The translations under genes were made by a program, and so were the position numbers. Of a stretch of DNA of 64,000 bases, positions 58,695 through 64,000 are shown piece by piece (within the stretch, counting starts at the first letter, position 1; each line of letters opens with the position of its first letter). The stretch spans positions 69,525-133,524 of the forward strand of contig MPCU01000012.1 in NCBI GenBank assembly GCA_001874305.1. Reading direction: 5' to 3'. Below the pieces are notes generated by a model. The model was not told the DNA's origin. It did no database searches and saw only the letters and a list, made by a program, of their open reading frames with translations. This DNA is from Bacteriovorax sp. MedPE-SWde. GTDB taxonomy: Bacteria > Bdellovibrionota > Bacteriovoracia > Bacteriovoracales > Bacteriovoracaceae.

Positions 58695-59826
58695 CTCCTC
58701 TGACGTTTTCTATGATCTTAGAAACTTGAACTTTCTTCTTAGTTCCCTCTTCGGCAGATTTTAAATATTCTTTGTACATCTTTTTAATTGCTTGTCCGAT
58801 TGCCTTTCCCATCATTGGTGGAACAGCATTTCCAATTTGGCGCCATTGAGCAGATAGTGGACCTTCAAAAATGAAGTCATTTGGGAAGCTCTGTACTTTT
58901 GCAGCTTCTCTTTGAGTGAGATATCTATTTTCTGTAGGATGATAGTAGCTATGTCTATGTGTCATAATAGTTGGTGACACACTATTTCTATCAAGTCTTT
59001 GAAATTTAGTTTGGCGAAATCTTCCTTCTCTAATTGTTTGCCAATCGACACCCAATTTTAAAGATGGTGTGAGATAAGCTTTCTCATCTCTTTCATATCT
59101 AATTCCTTTTCCTTCAGGAATTCTTTTAAGTCTTCTTTCATCAATCTTAGACTTAACCTTTGCAGATTCTAAATCGTGATTGTGAATTGTTCCATCTTTA
59201 CATTCAAGATCAGCGAAGGCCTCTCCCACTGTATAAGGAGCTCTATAGGTCTTTGCAATAATGGTGTCGTGAGTCTTTTTTGGAAAGTTAACTTTCTCGT
59301 TTACTCGACTTCCAATAAAAATAGTTCGTCTTCTCTTTTCCGGAACACCATAGTGTTGTGAGCTGAGGACTTGAACATCCATATTGTAACCAAGAGATCC
59401 AAACTTTTTAAAGATCGATTTTAGGGTACTCTCGTTCTTCTTTGCTAGAAGTCCTGTAACATTCTCAATTACAACAAATTCTGGCTTAGTTAATCTTACG
59501 ATTCTAACGAATTCCATAAAGAGGTTATTACGCATATCTTCTGGGTTACCCGGTCCAACTGTTGAAAAACCTTGGCAGGGTGGGCCACCAACAACAAGGT
59601 TGATTTTTCTATCACCCAAGATCTGTTTAATTTGCTTATTTGAGAACTTTGTAACATCGCCACAGAATGGATGAGCATTCTTGTGGTTCTTTGCAAATGT
59701 TGTCATTGCGTGTTTGTTGAAGTCTATTCCCATGACACAGTTAAAACCTGCCATTTCCAGACCACATGAAAAACCACCAGCGCCACTGAAGACGTCGATA
59801 AAATTAAGCTTTCCTTTTCCTGTCAT
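58675..59826 (-). CDS. C5 cytosine DNA methyltransferase (orphan)
   Basis: Motif I FSGAGG, IV GGPPCQGFS, VI ENV, VIII PEKRRR, IX-X RYLTQREAA..FP and IGNAVPP; start moved to ATG 59826. Confidence 0.96.
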   Translation of the reverse strand: MTGKGKLNFIDVFSGAGGFSCGLEMAGFNCVMGIDFNKHAMTTFAKNHKNAHPFCGDVTKFSNKQIKQILGDRKINLVVGGPPCQGFSTVGPGNPEDMRNNLFMEFVRIVRLTKPEFVVIENVTGLLAKKNESTLKSIFKKFGSLGYNMDVQVLSSQHYGVPEKRRRTIFIGSRVNEKVNFPKKTHDTIIAKTYRAPYTVGEAFADLECKDGTIHNHDLESAKVKSKIDERRLKRIPEGKGIRYERDEKAYLTPSLKLGVDWQTIREGRFRQTKFQRLDRNSVSPTIMTHRHSYYHPTENRYLTQREAAKVQSFPNDFIFEGPLSAQWRQIGNAVPPMMGKAIGQAIKKMYKEYLKSAEEGTKKKVQVSKIIENVRGDAFVYR

Positions 59827-59893
59827 ATCGTCCCTGTAATTTTGTGAAGTGTAGGGAATTATTATCATTTTAACAGGGGTAAACTGTCAAATA

Positions 59894-60526
59894 TTACGCG
59901 GCATGTTTGTTGCTGTTTTCGACATAATTTCTATCATCTTGTGGTGAGTCATCAACAGAAGTTGAAATTATATGGAAGTTCTTCCTTGGTCCTTGTTTAA
60001 TTTGTGCAACAAGTAAAGATTCCCATTGTTGAGGGATGTCACCTGAAACTATTATTGATCTCTTTTTGTCAGTTACTTCTCTTTTCATAATTCTGGCCAT
60101 TCTTTCGTTTAGTCCAGGAGTGAAAGAGATTTTATCCATATGAATAAATACCATTTTCTGTGGAGAGCATAGAAATGACTTTAGAATTGAGAATAATTTA
60201 GCTGTTTCGTAATCGACTTGCTTTATAGGGTCCTCAAGATCATATCTCTTAAATAAGAACTCGTTGAGATGACTGGCATTTCTTTCTTCAAGTGCTTTAG
60301 CGCAATCAAACTTTTCTAAATCATTAGTTAATTCTCGAAAGAGGAATTCCTTAATAGTGATGTCTGACTCGAAATGAATCTTATCTTCAACGTAAGTGAA
60401 AGGAAATCTCCCTCTATAACCAGCATATTTTGAGAATGTCATAAATTCTTTTAAAGGATTAACGCTACAGTTGTTACTGAAACGAAATAGTCCACCATTT
60501 TGAAATAGTCTCTTCAATTCACTCAT
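59894..60526 (-). CDS. Degenerate ABC-ATPase-like protein
   Basis: ABC-like order (YVEDKIHFESDITIKEFL; LFSILKSFL..P.KMVFI; IIVSGD) without Walker A/B, LSGGQ or H-loop; AGGAG RBS. Confidence 0.45.
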   Translation of the reverse strand: MSELKRLFQNGGLFRFSNNCSVNPLKEFMTFSKYAGYRGRFPFTYVEDKIHFESDITIKEFLFRELTNDLEKFDCAKALEERNASHLNEFLFKRYDLEDPIKQVDYETAKLFSILKSFLCSPQKMVFIHMDKISFTPGLNERMARIMKREVTDKKRSIIVSGDIPQQWESLLVAQIKQGPRKNFHIISTSVDDSPQDDRNYVENSNKHAA

Positions 60527-60635
60527 AAATTATCTCCTAAATACATCTTCTTATCGACTTAAATTTCATCAACTTAAATACAAGAGTAAATTGCCTGTAA
60601 TTACATAAAGCAGCTAGAAGGCCTATAATTTTCTT

Positions 60636-61865
60636 ATGGATTTAAAGACTGGTGATACTGTTATTATTGGCATGGATGGAGGGATTGACTCCACTGTTGC
60701 TGCATATTTATTAAAGAAGCAAGGTATGAATTGCATTGGTGTTTCTGTCATCTTTCATGAAGATGATATGGACGATTTTTCTGAGCTTGTTTCATCCTGG
60801 CTACCGGATGATCTTGAGCACGTAAAAGAAGTTTGCAAAGTCTTGGAGATTCCGTTCTATGCAACAAATGCCAGCGATCTTTACTTTGATACTGTAGTCG
60901 ATAAGATAACAGCAGCAAGACTGTCAGGTCAGGCCTATGAGCCAATGATTGATAGAACATCCGCTGTTCTTAATACCCTGCTTTCTAAAAGAGATGCCCT
61001 TGGTGCAAAAGTTGTAGCGACGGGACACTTTTGTAAGATATTAAAAAATCAAACAACAGGAATGCTTAATCTTTATAGAGGAAATGATTTAGAAGAGGAT
61101 GATAGTTATTATCTAACAAAGATGGATACAAAGCTTCTCGAGTATCTTCACTTTCCTCTTGCTGAGCTAAGAGAGCAAGAGGTGCTAAAGGTGGCGGCCC
61201 TTATTCCTACAAAGTTTAATATTGATAAAGAGGCCAGAAGAGAAAGTAGACTGAACTTTATGCAAAATGAAGGCGTTAAAGAGCTAGTTGAAAAGTATTC
61301 CGCTCCTAAACTAAGACGTGAAGGGATCGTTTTAAATTATTATGATTCAGGAACAGTTGGTGATCACGAGGGAATACATCAATTTTTTATTGGCCAGAAC
61401 AATGTACCAATTAAAGGAAAAGTTGCTCGTGATAAAGAGTCTCAAGTGCTAAGAGTTGTACCGTCAACAGGTACAGTCCTTATGGAAAAAGAGGAGAGAC
61501 TGAAGTTTTCTCATGCTTATTTGATTCAATTCAATGCTGATGAAAATCTTAATAGGTCACTACCAATGAATTGCTACGCAATGTTAGGACCTCGAAAAGA
61601 AGTTATTAAGTGCACTCTCTATTTTAAAAATAATGGATCTGTCTTAGTCGATTTTATTGATGAAATTCAAGGTGTATTGGCCAGAGGACAGTATGTTGTT
61701 CTGTATAATAAAAAAGGAATTGGAGCACGTGTTGTCGGTGGAGGAGTCGTAAGAATTTCTGGCTACTTTGATGATGGTGATTTCATGACATTGCCTAAAA
61801 CTAAAGACCAAGAAGAAGACTTAGAGAATCAAGAAAAACAAAAGAAGAAGGATTTAGGGTTTTAG
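60636..61865 (+). CDS. MnmA-like protein lacking catalytic cysteines
   Basis: MDGGIDS, ATGHF, DDSYYL, FPLAEL, RGQYVVLY, GGGVV follow MnmA order; Cys positions read EPMIDRT and ESRLNFM. Confidence 0.85.
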   Translation: MDLKTGDTVIIGMDGGIDSTVAAYLLKKQGMNCIGVSVIFHEDDMDDFSELVSSWLPDDLEHVKEVCKVLEIPFYATNASDLYFDTVVDKITAARLSGQAYEPMIDRTSAVLNTLLSKRDALGAKVVATGHFCKILKNQTTGMLNLYRGNDLEEDDSYYLTKMDTKLLEYLHFPLAELREQEVLKVAALIPTKFNIDKEARRESRLNFMQNEGVKELVEKYSAPKLRREGIVLNYYDSGTVGDHEGIHQFFIGQNNVPIKGKVARDKESQVLRVVPSTGTVLMEKEERLKFSHAYLIQFNADENLNRSLPMNCYAMLGPRKEVIKCTLYFKNNGSVLVDFIDEIQGVLARGQYVVLYNKKGIGARVVGGGVVRISGYFDDGDFMTLPKTKDQEEDLENQEKQKKKDLGF

Positions 61866-63023
61866 ATGAAGAGATTAGTAATATTTTTATGCTTTGTACT
61901 TAGCTTTCTTTCAACTGATGTATTTGGTTATGTTCTTCGTGACTATGATAGAAACCCAAAGAGCTCTCATCACCTTTCGAGATCACTTAAAAAATTTAAA
62001 AAAGAGGAGCTTATAAAAATCCTCAGAGGTTTTGTAAAAGAAACCAGACCAACTCGTATTATTGGAAGTAAGGGGCATTTCAAGTCTGTAGACTACGTCC
62101 TCAATCATATCTCTACAAAAACAAATAAAGAAGGAGAGTTAGTCGTTATTGATGACTTTACTCCTGATATTGATCAAGCAATAAAGATGTATAACGCTGA
62201 CCTTGAAGACATCAAAAAATCTGGTCTTAATCAGAAATCTGCTGAGTTTAAAAGACTTTCAAACTTTACAATGACTAGAAATAAACACCTTGAAAAGTTA
62301 AGAAAACAAAGAGGGCGAAATATTATTTGGGAAAAGAAAGGCTCAGTATCTCCTGAAGAAGTTATAGTTATTGGTGCTCACTACGATACTGTTGCCTATG
62401 ATAAGAAGACACTTAAAGTCCTTCCTGATGTTCCCCAACCTGGAGCAGATAATAACGCTTCTGGAGTTTCAATAAGTCTTGCTCTAATTGAAGTTCTTTC
62501 GGAACTAAAGCTAAAGAAAACTGTGAGAGTTATATTCTTTGATTTTCAAGAGTTTGGTTTTTTAGGATCTTGGGATTATGCTAAGAAGTTAAAAGAAGAA
62601 AAAAAGAAAGGCCTAAAAGTTACCAGCTACGTAAATCTCTTAATGCTTGGACATGATTCAAAGATTCAAGATAAGGCCAAAAAGTATGGAAATATGAAGC
62701 TATACTATTCTAGACCTGGATCGGAAACTCATGCTGTAGAGAAGACTGTTGCAACAAAGCTTGCATCTATGGGAAAAAAGGTTGGAACTAGAGTTAAATT
62801 TATGGCCGAAGAAAATAGCTTTTCAAATGGAGATAATGTTTCTTTTGTCGAGAACGGTATTCCAGCGATCACGTTCACGCAAAACTGGGAAGATGACTTC
62901 AATTCTAAGCGTATTCATACTTCAAGAGACTTCGTAGAAACCCTCAATTTTGATACTCTTTATGGAAGTTTTCTCTTCGTTTCCCAGGCCATATCGAGCT
63001 GGGCGCTAAATATTGATAAATAA
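61866..63023 (+). CDS. Exported M28-fold peptidase homologue with substituted active site
   Basis: IGAHYD, GADNNASG, FDFQEFG, NLLMLG, IHT; signal peptide. Confidence 0.85.
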   Translation: MKRLVIFLCFVLSFLSTDVFGYVLRDYDRNPKSSHHLSRSLKKFKKEELIKILRGFVKETRPTRIIGSKGHFKSVDYVLNHISTKTNKEGELVVIDDFTPDIDQAIKMYNADLEDIKKSGLNQKSAEFKRLSNFTMTRNKHLEKLRKQRGRNIIWEKKGSVSPEEVIVIGAHYDTVAYDKKTLKVLPDVPQPGADNNASGVSISLALIEVLSELKLKKTVRVIFFDFQEFGFLGSWDYAKKLKEEKKKGLKVTSYVNLLMLGHDSKIQDKAKKYGNMKLYYSRPGSETHAVEKTVATKLASMGKKVGTRVKFMAEENSFSNGDNVSFVENGIPAITFTQNWEDDFNSKRIHTSRDFVETLNFDTLYGSFLFVSQAISSWALNIDK

Positions 63024-63079
63024 TTCCCAGATCTGAGCTTTTAGTTCACTAATTACTGTGTATTTGGTAAGTAGGTGGA

Positions 63080-64000
63080 ATGAGTATTGGAAAAGGTAAA
63101 ACAGTAATTATTGGTATGTCAGGAGGGGTTGATTCTTCTGTTTGTGCCGCTGTATTAAAAGAGCAAGGCTATAACGTCATTGGTATGTTCATGCGTAACT
63201 GGGAAGAGTTCGATGAAAATGGTGTTTGTGAGGCCTCTAAAGAGTATGCAGACGTTATAACTGTATGTGAGAAGCTTGATATCCCTTACTACTCAGTCGA
63301 CTTTGTTAAAGAGTATAAAGACAATGTCTTCTCTCACTTTGTTTCTGAATATGAACAAGGTTTTACACCTAATCCTGATATCCTATGTAATAGAGAAATT
63401 AAATTCAAAGTCTTCTTTGAAAAAGCAATGGAGCTTGGAGCAGACTATCTTGCAACAGGTCACTATTGCCAAAATATCCTCATTGATGGAAAGCACAGAC
63501 TTGTAAAAGGAAATGATCCAGGAAAGGACCAGACATATTTTCTCTACACGATGAGAGAAGAAGTACTGGCAAAGGTTCTCTTTCCTATCGGACATATTCC
63601 AAAATCTGAAGTTAGAGAAATTGCAAAAAAGTACGATCTCATTACTGCTAATAAGAAAGACTCTACGGGAATTTGCTTTATTGGTGAGAGAAACTTTAGA
63701 CAATTTCTGTCCAACTATATTCAAATTAAGCCAGGTAAGTTTGAACTTCTAAATGGTGAAGTTGTAGGTGAGCATCAAGGTGCGACTTACTATACACTTG
63801 GTCAAAGAAAAGGTCTTGGGCTTGGCGGTCCAGGTGAGCCATGGTTTGTTGTCGCTAAAGATATTGAGAGAAATGTTGTCATCGTTGAAAGAGGTGAATT
63901 TCACCCTGCTCTTTATTGTGATGATTTAACTGCAACTGAATTATCTTGGGTTGAAAAAGATTTTGTTCCGAGCACTCCATTTAAAGCAATGGCAAAAGTT
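63080..64000 (+). CDS. mnmA: tRNA 2-thiouridine(34) synthase MnmA (runs off window end)
   Basis: Not in ORF track; hand translation MSIGKGKTVIIGMSGGVDSS, MRNW, PNPDILCN, ATGHY, KDQTYFL, KDSTGICF, YTLGQRKGL. Confidence 0.97.
   Translation, partial: MSIGKGKTVIIGMSGGVDSSVCAAVLKEQGYNVIGMFMRNWEEFDENGVCEASKEYADVITVCEKLDIPYYSVDFVKEYKDNVFSHFVSEYEQGFTPNPDILCNREIKFKVFFEKAMELGADYLATGHYCQNILIDGKHRLVKGNDPGKDQTYFLYTMREEVLAKVLFPIGHIPKSEVREIAKKYDLITANKKDSTGICFIGERNFRQFLSNYIQIKPGKFELLNGEVVGEHQGATYYTLGQRKGLGLGGPGEPWFVVAKDIERNVVIVERGEFHPALYCDDLTATELSWVEKDFVPSTPFKAMAKV

Noticed and set aside
56599-59826. C5 MTase plus glycosyltransferase as a DNA hypermodification cassette
   Set aside because: No TET/JBP, hydroxymethylase or kinase gene is present, the GT4 looks like an ordinary envelope glycosyltransferase, and the intervening enzyme is exported.
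2459-63724. Short ORF-track entries nested in or antisense to long genes (e.g. 2459-2689, 5424-5732, 13066-13377, 17666-18010, 34230-34706, 37221-37550, 55578-55883, 63267-63506, 63383-63724)
   Set aside because: They shadow well-supported genes, have no recognisable motifs and read like off-frame or antisense translations.
1-64000. tRNA, rRNA, riboswitch, CRISPR array, IS or prophage
   Set aside because: Intergenic regions are short and showed no cloverleaf, riboswitch consensus, regular repeat-spacer pattern, transposase, integrase or phage structural gene.

Overview
AT-rich (roughly 35% GC by eye) core-chromosome segment. Gene content and the many FecR/CheX/orphan-kinase/secreted hypothetical genes suggest a predatory Bdellovibrionota (Halobacteriovorax/Bacteriovorax-like); this taxon call is inference. 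Recognisable genes in order: secA (partial), M23 peptidase, PP2C phosphatase, prkA-yeaH-spoVR, an RpoH-type sigma factor, rpsO, pnp, dut, phnDCE, a CheX-domain protein, mgtC, gsk, pyrB-carAB(fused)-pyrF, gmhB-like, lplA, an MdlAB-type ABC pair, NAD-type idh, FKBP, an orphan C5 DNA methyltransferase and mnmA (partial). I saw no rRNA, tRNA, CRISPR array, transposase or integrase. Best leads: (1) a full-length MnmA paralogue lacking both catalytic cysteines, sitting between a degenerate ABC-ATPase and a degenerate M28 peptidase just upstream of intact mnmA; (2) an apparent excess of GGCC together with an orphan C5 methyltransferase and a separate orphan restriction-endonuclease-like gene; (3) a CarA-CarB fusion; (4) a lipoprotein Ppx/GppA-fold enzyme with an NTPDase-like motif; (5) a Zn-finger protein with a duplicated PBECR-like domain; (6) a long RNase III-type stem in the pnp leader and several probable leaderless genes. 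All k-mer counts are manual and approximate, and family calls come from motif recognition, not database searches.
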